DNA of 64,000 nt, from NCBI GenBank assembly GCA_963736675.1, contig CAVTPT010000001.1, forward strand, positions 101,671 to 165,670. The letters are read 5' to 3'. Both the position numbers and the translations under genes were made by a program. This DNA is from an uncultured Bacteroidales bacterium (GTDB taxonomy: Bacteria > Bacteroidota > Bacteroidia > Bacteroidales > VadinHA17). The notes under the pieces were generated by a model. It was not told where the DNA came from, searched no databases, and saw only the letters and a list, made by a program, of their open reading frames with translations. Positions 10,116 to 20,860 of this stretch are shown piece after piece (position 1 is the first letter of the stretch; the number at the start of each line of letters is the position of its first letter).

Positions 10116-12022
10116 TGGTTAGAAAGTTAGAGAAATTTAGTTTAATGTTTTTTACCGGCTTTATTATTTTAAGTCTGTTGAATTTTCTATTACGTTCGTT
10201 GTTCAGTAGTTATAATCTTATAGTAGCAGGTTTGTTTTTACTTTTAGTGTTGCTATCTAAAGATCGGTTAATCAAAGCAGTAACTAAAATAGGAGAATTG
10301 AAAATCTGGTACATTTTCATAGCTGCTGGAATTGTAAGTTTTATTTCCATTATCTTGTTTAATCCTGTTCTTTACGACGATCCCCTTTCTTTGACAAATC
10401 AAGCAATTATTGATTTAAAAAGAGGTCTTATTAATTTGGGAGATCCTTATTCTAAAAGAAACCTTTTTTTCCTGATCCCTGTCCTCGGTTTATTTGGCCC
10501 AAACCCAGTTATCATTCAAATTCTCAATTTCATAATTTACCTGTTATCCGGTTTTCTCTTTTTCAAAATCCTTCGCTTTCATTTTCCTGATAATAAGATA
10601 GTCCAAAATACCGGCACTGTTCTTTTCTTTTCAATCCCGTATTTCTACCTTTCGCTTAACATTCCTCACTATGACCTCCCGGGCACTTTTTACTTAATGA
10701 TCTCTCTGTACCTATTATCCAGACTACTTTTAGGAATAAATGGGGGAAAATTATCCGGGATAATCATTTTGTCTATTGCTCTTGGGCTATCTTTCTTAGC
10801 ACTTTTTTACACCAGGGGATTGACAGCACCTATGATAATTTCTTTAACCTTGTTCAGTTTGTTATTGAGTTTTCAGCCATCAGCAAAGACCAGTAATAAA
10901 TTGAAAATTATATTATTTGCTGCTATATTACCTTTAATAATTTTTGCCGGGACAGATAAACTAATTAAAAATTCAAGGTATATTGATCAAATAGAGTCTG
11001 ACAGGTCTTTGATGCAAATGGTATTTTCATATAACGATACCCGTTTTGACGGGACTACTGAGCATCATGACAAAAAATGGGTTTATTTTCCTTTGTTATC
11101 ACAGGATATGAGAAGTGATTATGCACTGAAAAAACTTAACAGTGAAATTAATTTTAACTGGCAATGGTACTTGTTCAGGTTAAGTTCCAAAAGTTATGAG
11201 TTATTCAGTATCGGGGGTATTAATGATTGGGTTTTACATGACAGTCCTATCAGGAAGGGGTCTGGTTTTTTCATAAAAATCTGGGAATTGGGTTTTCAAT
11301 ATTTGATAGTCGTATTCGGGATAGTTGGGCTGTTTCGGTTATGGAATTCTGAATGGCATTTTAACTTATTTATTTTATTTTCAATTGCTTTTATTTTTAC
11401 CTGTAGTTTTTTTGTCCTCTTCAGTGAAGTTGGCAACCGTTATTCATTGATCTTTTTGTATGGGTTAATCATTTTGGCATCTTTAGGAATTGATCATACA
11501 TTGAAGAAACCATGCATTTCTTTTTCGGTTTTAAAAACTCAATCAGCCGGCCTGATATATACCGGGATTTTAATTATGATCGGATTTTTCGGGTACAGAG
11601 AACTTATAGCCAAGAATTACTCATTCGAGCAACTTCAGGAAAGAATTTGGAAGAAAGAGATCGGACAGGTTAACCTTTCAGCTTTTCAGAAACAACTGAA
11701 TGAAAAAGATAATACCTTGATAATTAATAATATTAAGCATTATCCTCAAATAACCTTTTTTCTAAGAAAGGGGAGAGTAAATTCCGGGAACATTGAATTC
11801 GTTGTGACAGATGGCCAGAAAAGTAAGCTTATTGTTATCTCAAAAGATAGATTTTCTGAATTAAGATCTGATCCTAAACAAGGATTATGTTTTTTAGAAT
11901 TGGATGTTTCTGATTTTTCCGGATCCGAAATTAAGCTCGATTTTAGTAATACAGCCCCACTTGATTTAATAATTGAATATGTTAATTTTTACAACGAAAA
12001 AAGTGGTGACGTTGGGATTTGA
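10112..12022 (+). CDS. Polytopic membrane protein, possible GT-C (ArnT/PMT-like) glycosyltransferase
   Basis: More than 10 TM segments, LYDDP acidic motif in first large loop, C-terminal soluble domain. Confidence 0.5.
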   Translation: MMVRKLEKFSLMFFTGFIILSLLNFLLRSLFSSYNLIVAGLFLLLVLLSKDRLIKAVTKIGELKIWYIFIAAGIVSFISIILFNPVLYDDPLSLTNQAIIDLKRGLINLGDPYSKRNLFFLIPVLGLFGPNPVIIQILNFIIYLLSGFLFFKILRFHFPDNKIVQNTGTVLFFSIPYFYLSLNIPHYDLPGTFYLMISLYLLSRLLLGINGGKLSGIIILSIALGLSFLALFYTRGLTAPMIISLTLFSLLLSFQPSAKTSNKLKIILFAAILPLIIFAGTDKLIKNSRYIDQIESDRSLMQMVFSYNDTRFDGTTEHHDKKWVYFPLLSQDMRSDYALKKLNSEINFNWQWYLFRLSSKSYELFSIGGINDWVLHDSPIRKGSGFFIKIWELGFQYLIVVFGIVGLFRLWNSEWHFNLFILFSIAFIFTCSFFVLFSEVGNRYSLIFLYGLIILASLGIDHTLKKPCISFSVLKTQSAGLIYTGILIMIGFFGYRELIAKNYSFEQLQERIWKKEIGQVNLSAFQKQLNEKDNTLIINNIKHYPQITFFLRKGRVNSGNIEFVVTDGQKSKLIVISKDRFSELRSDPKQGLCFLELDVSDFSGSEIKLDFSNTAPLDLIIEYVNFYNEKSGDVGI

Positions 12023-12120
12023 TAATTATTACATGGTTAAGGAAGTTTAAAGAAAATAAATCGACTTTTTAGACACAGAATCAGGGATTATTTCATAAAC
12101 ATGGGGATATTGTTTAAAAA

Positions 12121-13629
12121 ATGTTTTTAGGCAGATTCAGACTTAGTCCTGATGAAATATTTAATTCATCCGGTATTACAGATAATCTGGCTTCCAAATC
12201 AGTAAGGGGAGGGATAGTTACCGTTGGTTCAACTGGTATAATGTTTTTCATCAATATGATCAGGACCATCATTCTGGCACGTCTCCTTACTCCTGCTGAT
12301 TTTGGAATAATAGGAATGGTGGCAGTTTTCATAAATTTTGCGGAGATGTTTAAGGATGCAGGACTTTCATTGGCAACGGTTCAGAAGGAAGAGATAAGTA
12401 AGGATCAGATAAGCACTCTTTTCTGGATTAATTTAACTATTAGTACAAGCTTTGGAGTTATGATGATAGCAGGAGCTCCTTTTATTTCAGATTTTTACAA
12501 AAAGCCTGAATTAACTATGATCACAGTAGCCCTGGCAATTTCTTTTATTCTTGGAGGATTATTGGTCCAGCACCGTGCACTCTTGCGAAGGCATATGCGA
12601 TTTGATCTTCTTTCGGCAAAAACAATAATATCAACGATTACAGGAGTATCTGTATCAATAGTTTTAGCAATTACTGGGTGGAAGTATTGGGCATTGGTTT
12701 TCGGAACAATATCCGCCACTCTGGCTGAAGTTCTTTTATCCTTTTACTTTTGTCCGTGGTGGCCAGGTAAACCACGAAGGGGGACAGGAGTAAAAAGTAT
12801 GTTAAAATTCGGAATTCATCTTACAGCAAGTTCTTTTTTTAACTATTTCTCACGGAATGCGGATAATATTTTAATTGGCAAATTTGTCGGAGCTGAAGGT
12901 TTGGGAATATATCAGAAATCATATCAGCTGTTCAGATTACCGGTAACAAATATTATTAATCCGGTAAAGATGGTAGCCATACCGGCTCTCAGTTCTCTTC
13001 ATGGGCAACCGGAACGTTTCAGAAACTATTACCGGAAAATGATCCATATTATATCTGCGTTCACTTTTCCATTATCGGTTTACTTTTTTATCGAAGCAGA
13101 TTTTATTATCAATTTGGTACTTGGAGATCAATGGACAGGAGCAATACCGGTTTTCAGGCTGCTGGCTCTTGGAGGATTAATACAGCCAATAACTGCACAA
13201 AGTGGTATAGCAATGGTCAGTGTTGGTAATTCAAAGCGATACCTGAATTGGAATATTTTTTATGCAATTGTCCTGGTTATTTCTTTTGCTTCCGGAATCC
13301 CATACGGTGTGACCGGGCTGGCAACTGCATATGCGATAGCTGAATATACTGTCTTTATTCCGGGTTTGATTTATTGTTACCGTGATACACTGGTAAGTCC
13401 AAAAACAATTATTTATGAAATAGTACCAGCTTTTTTAATCAGCATACTGGCCGCTGGTATAATGATGTTAGCCAAATTTCTCACCAATAATGAGACTATT
13501 CTCTTCAGGATCATGTTTGCCAGTGTGTTTTTTAGTACTTACACCCTTGTATCATGGAGCAGAAAAGAGTTTCGTGAGACAGTTTATATATTCATGGACC
13601 AGTTTCGGACACGAAAAATTATTCAATAA
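12121..13629 (+). CDS. wzx: Wzx flippase (PST family)
   Basis: ILARLLTPADFGIIGMV, DAGLSLATVQ, DNILIGKFVGAEGLGIYQ; ~12 TM. Confidence 0.88.
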   Translation: MFLGRFRLSPDEIFNSSGITDNLASKSVRGGIVTVGSTGIMFFINMIRTIILARLLTPADFGIIGMVAVFINFAEMFKDAGLSLATVQKEEISKDQISTLFWINLTISTSFGVMMIAGAPFISDFYKKPELTMITVALAISFILGGLLVQHRALLRRHMRFDLLSAKTIISTITGVSVSIVLAITGWKYWALVFGTISATLAEVLLSFYFCPWWPGKPRRGTGVKSMLKFGIHLTASSFFNYFSRNADNILIGKFVGAEGLGIYQKSYQLFRLPVTNIINPVKMVAIPALSSLHGQPERFRNYYRKMIHIISAFTFPLSVYFFIEADFIINLVLGDQWTGAIPVFRLLALGGLIQPITAQSGIAMVSVGNSKRYLNWNIFYAIVLVISFASGIPYGVTGLATAYAIAEYTVFIPGLIYCYRDTLVSPKTIIYEIVPAFLISILAAGIMMLAKFLTNNETILFRIMFASVFFSTYTLVSWSRKEFRETVYIFMDQFRTRKIIQ

Positions 13630-13635
13630 ACAGGG

Positions 13636-14892
13636 ATGAACAGGGTATTGATTATATGCGATCGTTTTCCACCGGCTTTTGCGCCACGTATGGGATATCT
13701 TGTCAAGTATCTGAATGATTATGGTTGGACGGCAGATATAGTGACAGAAAACAATTCAGGAGAAAACAATTTTCACTCATTGGAGGTGAAAGAAAATTTA
13801 ATAAAAGTGACTCTGGATACCGAAGTTATTCCTTCTGATAATGTTGGTAAATTTAAAAATCTAGTAACAAATAAAGGCAGGTTTATAAGTAAAAAAATCC
13901 CTTTTATTGAAACCATATTAAATAAACTTAATCCTGAAGATTATTCTGTTATTCTGGTTTCCATGGCCTGGAAACTTTATGTTTTTTTTGCAGCAATAGA
14001 AATAGCATCAAAGTGGAGAAAGCCATTAATTGCCGACTTCAGGGATATATACGAACAACGCCCAAAGGAGCCACTGGTTAACAAAGGAATTAAAAGGTTT
14101 TTCATAGACTTCTTCCTGCAAAGCTTCGATAAAAGAATATTAGGTTTACGAAATAAATACCTTGCCAGAGTTTCTGCTGTCACAACAGTTTCCCCCTGGC
14201 ATGTCGGCCAACTTTTAAAGTATAATCCTAAAGTAAATTTAATTTACAATGGGTTTGATCCGGAAACCTATTTTCCTGATGTAAATCACTCTCAGGTTCA
14301 ATTCAAAATAGTATATACCGGATCGATAAATTCGGTCGCCTTAAGAGATCCCACACTTTTATTCAAATCTGTTCATAGACTACATGTTGAAAAAAGAATT
14401 GATCCCCTTGTTTTTCGTTTGCAATTTTATATACCTGAAAGGGATAGGACATTATTATATAATATGCCTGATTATAATTCAATAAGTCAATATGTTGACT
14501 TTTATAAATTTGTTGATCATTCCAGGGTACCCCTGATTTTAAACGATTCTTGCATAGTTTTGCTTTTGACAAATTTAACAAATGAAGATGGTCCCAAAGG
14601 AGTTATTTCTACAACAAGATTTTTTGAATATTTGGGAGTAGAGCGTCCGATATTATGTGTCAGAAGTGATGAAAGCCTGATGGAGGAAGGTATTATAGAA
14701 GCTAAAGCAGGAGTATCTGCAAGGTCCGTGGATGAAGCCTATAATTTTATACTGGATAAATGGGACGAATGGAGAGTAAGAGGTTATACAACTGTAGAAA
14801 TAAATCAGAAATACAAACAACAATTCTCAAGGAAACTTCAGGCAAAACAATTTGCAGATATTTTTGAAAAAGTCTACAAAGAATGGGAATGA
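13636..14892 (+). CDS. Glycosyltransferase (GT-B, GT4-like)
   Basis: VLIICDRFPP, LIADFRD, IYNGFD, IVYTGS, FFEYLGVERPIL. Confidence 0.78.
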   Translation: MNRVLIICDRFPPAFAPRMGYLVKYLNDYGWTADIVTENNSGENNFHSLEVKENLIKVTLDTEVIPSDNVGKFKNLVTNKGRFISKKIPFIETILNKLNPEDYSVILVSMAWKLYVFFAAIEIASKWRKPLIADFRDIYEQRPKEPLVNKGIKRFFIDFFLQSFDKRILGLRNKYLARVSAVTTVSPWHVGQLLKYNPKVNLIYNGFDPETYFPDVNHSQVQFKIVYTGSINSVALRDPTLLFKSVHRLHVEKRIDPLVFRLQFYIPERDRTLLYNMPDYNSISQYVDFYKFVDHSRVPLILNDSCIVLLLTNLTNEDGPKGVISTTRFFEYLGVERPILCVRSDESLMEEGIIEAKAGVSARSVDEAYNFILDKWDEWRVRGYTTVEINQKYKQQFSRKLQAKQFADIFEKVYKEWE

Positions 14893-15911
14893 AGCAGTTA
14901 AGTATCATTTTGCCTGTATACAAAGTTGAGGCCTATCTCGAAAGATGCCTGAAAAGTATTATTGAACAGGATATTCCATCAGATGATTATGAAGTAATTA
15001 TTGTTAATGATGGGTCCCCTGATAAAAGTCGTGATATTGTGTTAGCGTTTCAGCAAAACTATTTTAATATTATATTGATTGATCAGGAAAACAAGGGTGT
15101 TTCGGATGCACGCAACCATGGACTTGAAATTGCAGTGGGGAAATACATTTTATTTATTGATCCAGATGATTACATCGAAGCTAACTCATTGTCAGGAAGC
15201 ATTAAATTAGCCGAAAAAGATTGTTTGGATGTTCTTTATCTTGGATTCGAAGAATGGGATATCTACGGAAATTATTTAGGGAATAATGATTATAGTCACC
15301 TGGCGGGAGAAGTTTTCTCAGGGATTGAGACATACCGGAATACAAGAGGAAAAAAGATGAAGACCCCTGACAGGTCCGTAGGCATTTTACTAAAAAATTC
15401 ATTATTAACGTCCGGGAACCTGTTATATACACCCGATGTCCCATATTTACAGGATGGTCTTTTTGTTGGGAAAGTATTATGTTTCGCAAAACGATGCGGG
15501 TTTTCAAATAAGCAATTTTATAAATATATCAAGAGACCAGGGTCATCATCCACAACTCATCGCGGACTAACAGAAAAGGGGATAAGTGGTTTCGTAATCG
15601 GGGCGCTTGATTTGAAGGATTTCAGGAACTCACATCAGTTTGATCCTCAACAGATAGAACTACTAAACCACCTGACAGCAAAATATGTTCTTTCCCCAAT
15701 AATGTACTCTGTTTCGATAAGGAGTTTAAAAATGCTTAAAAATGTGAAGTTAAAATTTAAAAGAAACGGATTGGTAAAACTCAATAAATCTGGTTTGATC
15801 GGACTTAAAGTTTATGCAACGCTATATAATTTTTCATTCTGGCTCTTTGTTATTTATTTCATCATAAAAACTAGATGGGAAAAGGCATTATCCCTGGTAA
15901 AAGGATCTTAA
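14889..15911 (+). CDS. Glycosyltransferase family 2
   Basis: LSIILPVYKVEAYL, IIVNDGSPD, NKGVSDARNHG, FIDPDD. Confidence 0.9.
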   Translation: MKQLSIILPVYKVEAYLERCLKSIIEQDIPSDDYEVIIVNDGSPDKSRDIVLAFQQNYFNIILIDQENKGVSDARNHGLEIAVGKYILFIDPDDYIEANSLSGSIKLAEKDCLDVLYLGFEEWDIYGNYLGNNDYSHLAGEVFSGIETYRNTRGKKMKTPDRSVGILLKNSLLTSGNLLYTPDVPYLQDGLFVGKVLCFAKRCGFSNKQFYKYIKRPGSSSTTHRGLTEKGISGFVIGALDLKDFRNSHQFDPQQIELLNHLTAKYVLSPIMYSVSIRSLKMLKNVKLKFKRNGLVKLNKSGLIGLKVYATLYNFSFWLFVIYFIIKTRWEKALSLVKGS

Positions 15912-17008
15912 TTGTATCCAGGACTCTTTTCCCGAACAACTCTCCCCGTTCGTTCCGTACAACCGAACTGGTAATGGAGTTTTGCCGCCAGGGACACGAG
16001 GTTACACTTTATATAGTAAAGGATGATCCGGCCCAGGAACTGCTGTCGGCTAAATATGGGTTTTCACTAAAGGATCTTGGTCCGCTTGCATTTAAAGAAG
16101 TCCCGGGCGGGCAGAAGATAAAAGTTTTAAATATTCTATTTAGAGCAATTAGACGATTTTTGCTTTTACTCTTCGAATACCCTGACATAGAACTTATGTT
16201 CAGGGTTAAAAAAGCACTTCAGATCGAGAAGGACTATGATCTTCTCATTTCAATTGCGGTTCCGCATCCGATACACTGGGGTGTTGCCTGGGCAAGAACT
16301 TCAGAACACAGGATTGCCAGAAGGTGGATTGCCGATTGCGGGGATCCATTCATGGGTGACAGGCTTGACAGCTTCAGAAAATTATTTTATTTTAAATATT
16401 TTGAAAAATGGTTTGGGAGAAAGGCTGATTTTATTTCTGTCCCTAATGATGATCACATCGGATATTATTATCCCGAGGTAAGATCAAAGATCAGGATTAT
16501 TCCCCAGGGGTTTTCTGTTGATGATACAAAGCTGTTCACAGGGGAAGTCAAAAATGATGTACCGACATTTGCTTTTGCCGGGAGGTTTCTTCCGGGACTA
16601 AGAGATCCCCGTCCGTTTCTTGATTATCTTTCAACACTTGATCGTGATTTCAGATTCGTTGTTTTTTCACAGAATTCTGAATTTCTATTGCCATATAAGA
16701 ATAAATTAGGGAACAGGCTTGACCTAAGAGGATTTATCCCGAGAGAAGTGCTTTTGTTTGAACTGGGAAAGATGGATTTTCTAGTGCACCTTGAATTCCA
16801 TACTTCAGTGGGATCTGATTCGCCAAGCAAATTTGCCGATTATACATTTGTCAGGAGACCTGTTTTACCAATAAATTTTCAGGAACCGGATAAAACGCTC
16901 ATATATGAATTTATGGCCGGAAATTATGAAAACAAATTGAAATTACCTGAGCCGGGGCACTATCTAATCAGTAATGTAGCAAGGCGGTTTTTAGAGCTAA
17001 TCGGATAG
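15875..17008 (+). CDS. Glycosyltransferase (GT-B, GT4-like)
   Basis: WIADCGDPF, IIPQGF, FAFAGRF, PSKFADY. Confidence 0.75.
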   Translation: MGKGIIPGKRILIVSRTLFPNNSPRSFRTTELVMEFCRQGHEVTLYIVKDDPAQELLSAKYGFSLKDLGPLAFKEVPGGQKIKVLNILFRAIRRFLLLLFEYPDIELMFRVKKALQIEKDYDLLISIAVPHPIHWGVAWARTSEHRIARRWIADCGDPFMGDRLDSFRKLFYFKYFEKWFGRKADFISVPNDDHIGYYYPEVRSKIRIIPQGFSVDDTKLFTGEVKNDVPTFAFAGRFLPGLRDPRPFLDYLSTLDRDFRFVVFSQNSEFLLPYKNKLGNRLDLRGFIPREVLLFELGKMDFLVHLEFHTSVGSDSPSKFADYTFVRRPVLPINFQEPDKTLIYEFMAGNYENKLKLPEPGHYLISNVARRFLELIG

Positions 17009-17013
17009 TTTTT

Positions 17014-18288
17014 ATGTTCGAAAATACTAACATTGGTTTTTTTGAAAAGCGGGATGCATTAAAAGCCAGACTTGGCCTAAAAAGCGCTGTCTTACTTTTT
17101 ATTCTATGGCCAGCCGGCTCATTTATAAGGATCTTCAGTCAATACAGGGTTCCATGGGCTAAAGATATATTCTGGCTCTTCACAATTTTTGTCGGATTTA
17201 CATTTGTACTTGGTGGCGACTCTGTCAGAATGCAACAGGTTCTGATAATGATGCATAATTCCGATTACAGTTTGAGTGATTTGTACTCAGGTTACCTCAA
17301 TGTCAATACCGGTATGCTCGATATTGTATTTGACCTAATAACCTTTGTGGTTTCCCGGTTTACTGATGATTACCGTTTCCTCCTTTCTGCGCTGGCTGTT
17401 CTTTTTGGCTATTTTCTTTCGCGTATGATATGGTTTGTAATAGATCATTCGGAAGGACGTATTACTTTTTTTCACTTTCTATTATTGATGAGTTTTGCTC
17501 TTACCATAGGAATGTGGGACGTGCATGGAAGATGGAATATTGCAGCGGTAATCTTTACGTATGGAATTTTTAATTATTTTAAGGGTAAAAGGAATCAATT
17601 ATATTGGATTTTTCCATTATCAATTTTTACTCATTGGTCTTTTATCATTGCTGCTCTTATATTTTTTATATATAAGGTAATTGGGAACAGACCCGTCATA
17701 TATTTTATTATTTTCCTTTCTTCATTTGCTTTTGCTCAAATGGAGATTCCCATTGTACAGAATCTATTTGAAACATTTGCCCCTGATCCTCTTCTTGAGA
17801 GCAGGAGTGGTTATTTCAATGATTATTATATTGAGACAGTCGAAAGCCAAAGATTATCAACAAATTGGTATGTTCATGGTCATACTTTAGTCCTCAGTTG
17901 GTTTATTCTGGCATTTGTTATATATCTTTTTTATTATAAGAGAGAAACACTTAAAAGATCACCGTGGCTCTATTCTCTTTTTAATTTCAGTATGTTCTTC
18001 TTTGGTCTTATTAATTCTCTTACAAGTGCCCCGTCGATAGGCAGATTTATTGCAATTGGTACACTGTTGTTTTTAGGATTTCTTTTTTTATGGGGTATAA
18101 ACTTATCGGAGAAACTTCCAGTATTACTGGAGAAAGCAGGGATATTTATTCTAATCTTATTTATGGTGGTCCGGATTCGGATAGGGTTTGATTATATTGG
18201 ACTTTGGGCAGTTATTGGTAACCCGCTTACTGCCTGGTTCACATCAAATGATCTTTCCCTTATTAGTATCATCAAGAATATATTATGA
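17014..18288 (+). CDS. Candidate Wzy polymerase (EpsG-like polytopic membrane protein)
   Basis: ~10 TM segments, central SIFTHWSF motif, position among GTs in a Wzx operon. Confidence 0.62.
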   Translation: MFENTNIGFFEKRDALKARLGLKSAVLLFILWPAGSFIRIFSQYRVPWAKDIFWLFTIFVGFTFVLGGDSVRMQQVLIMMHNSDYSLSDLYSGYLNVNTGMLDIVFDLITFVVSRFTDDYRFLLSALAVLFGYFLSRMIWFVIDHSEGRITFFHFLLLMSFALTIGMWDVHGRWNIAAVIFTYGIFNYFKGKRNQLYWIFPLSIFTHWSFIIAALIFFIYKVIGNRPVIYFIIFLSSFAFAQMEIPIVQNLFETFAPDPLLESRSGYFNDYYIETVESQRLSTNWYVHGHTLVLSWFILAFVIYLFYYKRETLKRSPWLYSLFNFSMFFFGLINSLTSAPSIGRFIAIGTLLFLGFLFLWGINLSEKLPVLLEKAGIFILILFMVVRIRIGFDYIGLWAVIGNPLTAWFTSNDLSLISIIKNIL

Positions 18289-19436
18289 AAAAATCTTCCG
18301 GAATAATTATCAAAAAAATGAAAAGTCAGGTCTTTCGTAATCTTTCAAATATTCCCGGATGGAGGAGCAATAGAAAAGTAATTGTTATTGAGAGCGATGA
18401 CTGGGGGAGTATCCGCATGCCATCAATTGATGCTTTTAAAAAGCTTGAAAGCCTGGGACTGGATCTTCGTTCTTTTGATGCCGGAAGATATAACCTGAAC
18501 GATACACTTGCATCAGAATCTGACCTTGAAAACCTGTTTGAAGTTTTGAGCAGACATAAAGACTCTGCCGGTAAACAAGTTGTCTTTACTCCGGTCACTA
18601 TTGTAGCTAATCCTGATTTTGAAAGGATTTTAAAGGAGAATTTCAATACTTATTATCTGGAACCATTTACGGAGACTCTTAAAAAAATCCCCGGTTGTGA
18701 GGGGTCATTTAAACTCTGGATAGAGGGTATTGAGAAGAGGCTTTTTGTCCCCCAGATGCATGGGCGTGAACATTTGAATGTTACAGCCTGGATGAATGCC
18801 TTAAGAAGCGGAGAAGAGCATACCAGGCTTGCCTTTGGCGAGCATGTTACAGGTTTTGTTCCATTAAAATATCCGGAAGTTGATTACCAGGCGGCTTTTT
18901 TACTTTGGGATCCGGAGGAGCTTGAATATCATAAAAAGGTCATTATTGAAGGCCTTGGTATATTTGAGGATCTTTTCGGGTACAGGGCTGAATATTTTGT
19001 CCCCCCCAATGGACCCTTTAACAACAAGCTTAATCAGATCCTTGTTGAAAATGGAATAAGATACAGGTCTACCTCCAAAATCCAAAACGAACCGGCCGGT
19101 TACGGAAAAACAAGGAGAGTTCCACACTGGATTGGACAGAAAGACAGGAGTGGGCTTATTTATATGACCAGAAACTGTTTTTTTGAGCCGAATCAGCCGG
19201 GTAAAGACTGGGTCAACAGTTGTCTTAATGATATAAGGACAGCATTCCGTTGGCATAAGCCGGCAATTATCAGTTCCCACAGGGTAAATTATATTGGTTC
19301 ATTGAATCCGGCTAACAGGGATTCCGGATTACGGCAACTGGATGCTCTTCTGAAGGAAATTATTAAATGCTGGCCTGATATGAGCTTTCTGACAACACCT
19401 GAGCTGGGCAAATTAATGGCTGAGAATAACTTATGA
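18285..19436 (+). CDS. Polysaccharide (de)acetylase-like protein (NodB-type metal motifs)
   Basis: VIESDDWG, PQMHGREH, FVPPN, SSHRVNY. Confidence 0.7.
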   Translation: MKKSSGIIIKKMKSQVFRNLSNIPGWRSNRKVIVIESDDWGSIRMPSIDAFKKLESLGLDLRSFDAGRYNLNDTLASESDLENLFEVLSRHKDSAGKQVVFTPVTIVANPDFERILKENFNTYYLEPFTETLKKIPGCEGSFKLWIEGIEKRLFVPQMHGREHLNVTAWMNALRSGEEHTRLAFGEHVTGFVPLKYPEVDYQAAFLLWDPEELEYHKKVIIEGLGIFEDLFGYRAEYFVPPNGPFNNKLNQILVENGIRYRSTSKIQNEPAGYGKTRRVPHWIGQKDRSGLIYMTRNCFFEPNQPGKDWVNSCLNDIRTAFRWHKPAIISSHRVNYIGSLNPANRDSGLRQLDALLKEIIKCWPDMSFLTTPELGKLMAENNL

Positions 19437-20749
19437 CAGGGAAATTCCTTGACATTATTAAGATATCGTCAGAAGAAAACAGCTGTTCACCTGATGAATT
19501 AAGGAATTACTATTATTCGGATGATCTGATAAAAGATCTGCATTCGCTCATTAGTAATAGAATTTCTCTTTCGCAGGTACAGGGGAAGAAGATCCTTATG
19601 AAGCCAAACTGGGTAAGGCATTCGGTAATACCGGATGATGAATATTGCCTGAGGACACATGATAATTTTGTAATTGCCGTATTGAAGGTGATTCTTGAAA
19701 TGAGTCCCGGGGAGGTTTTAATTGCAGATGCACCTATACAGGGTTGTGACTGGGATAGAATGATTTCGGGTTCATTTTCTTCAGAAATAAATAAACTTGA
19801 ACAACAGTTCAAAATACCAATCAGGATAAAGGATCTCAGGCGCAGGACCTTTAAGATTAAGAGTAACTCTCCGGAAACCAATTTGAGACCACTCTCCGAC
19901 TATATTATTTTTGATTTAGGGAAGGAGAGCATTCTTGAACCTGTTACAATGTCGGGAAAAACAAAATTCAGAGTAACAAACTACGACCCTGACCGGATGT
20001 CATCAGCCCATTCCCCCGGCATTCATAAGTATTGCATCGCCAGGGAATTATTTGACTCGGATCTGGTGATCTCGCTCCCCAAAATTAAAACTCACCAGAA
20101 GGCAGGTATTACGGGTGCTCTGAAGAATATTGTAGGCATTAACGGGGATAAGGATTTTCTCCCTCATCACAGGATCGGAGGAACAGTAAGGGGAGGTGAT
20201 TGTTATCCGGGTGGATCTTACCTGCGTTACTGGTCGGAGTTAATGCTCGATTGTGCTAACCGCAGCCAGGGGAAGAAAATTTTCCGGATATACCAGAAAT
20301 TATCTTCACTATTATGGACCCTGTCGATGCCAGGCCCGGAACACAATATTGCAGCAGGCTGGCATGGGAACGATACAACCTGGCGGATGGTGGCTGATCT
20401 TAACAGGATTGCCGTGTTCGGTATGGCCGATGGGCAGGTTTCAGACATTCAACAACGACAGATTTTCAGTATATGTGATGGTGTAATAGCCGGCCAGGGT
20501 GATGGTCCGTTAAATCCTGAACCACTTCCACTTGGAATAATTTCCCTGACAAATAATGCCTTTGTTAATGATCGGGCAATGGCGATTCTTATGGAATTAC
20601 CTGTAGAAAAGATTCCATTGCTAAATTATTATTTTTCAAAGAATGACAATAATTGTAATGTGACATTCAATAATTCAACTACAAGGTTGGAAGATCTTAA
20701 AAAATACACTGTTACAGCAAAATTACCAGGTGGATGGATAAGCTGCTAA
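19433..20749 (+). CDS. DUF362 domain protein
   Basis: ILMKPNWV, IADAP, SLPKIKTHQKAGITGALKNIVG, DGVIAGQGDGP. Confidence 0.75.
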   Translation: MTGKFLDIIKISSEENSCSPDELRNYYYSDDLIKDLHSLISNRISLSQVQGKKILMKPNWVRHSVIPDDEYCLRTHDNFVIAVLKVILEMSPGEVLIADAPIQGCDWDRMISGSFSSEINKLEQQFKIPIRIKDLRRRTFKIKSNSPETNLRPLSDYIIFDLGKESILEPVTMSGKTKFRVTNYDPDRMSSAHSPGIHKYCIARELFDSDLVISLPKIKTHQKAGITGALKNIVGINGDKDFLPHHRIGGTVRGGDCYPGGSYLRYWSELMLDCANRSQGKKIFRIYQKLSSLLWTLSMPGPEHNIAAGWHGNDTTWRMVADLNRIAVFGMADGQVSDIQQRQIFSICDGVIAGQGDGPLNPEPLPLGIISLTNNAFVNDRAMAILMELPVEKIPLLNYYFSKNDNNCNVTFNNSTTRLEDLKKYTVTAKLPGGWISC

Positions 20750-20860
20750 AATTTTTGATTTTTACTGTGTTTATTAATTTAAATGGGGTTTTTAAAAACA
20801 TAAATTATTGATTGGAAAGTAATTCCGGTAATTCAAAAAAATACAATTTAACGTAACAGA

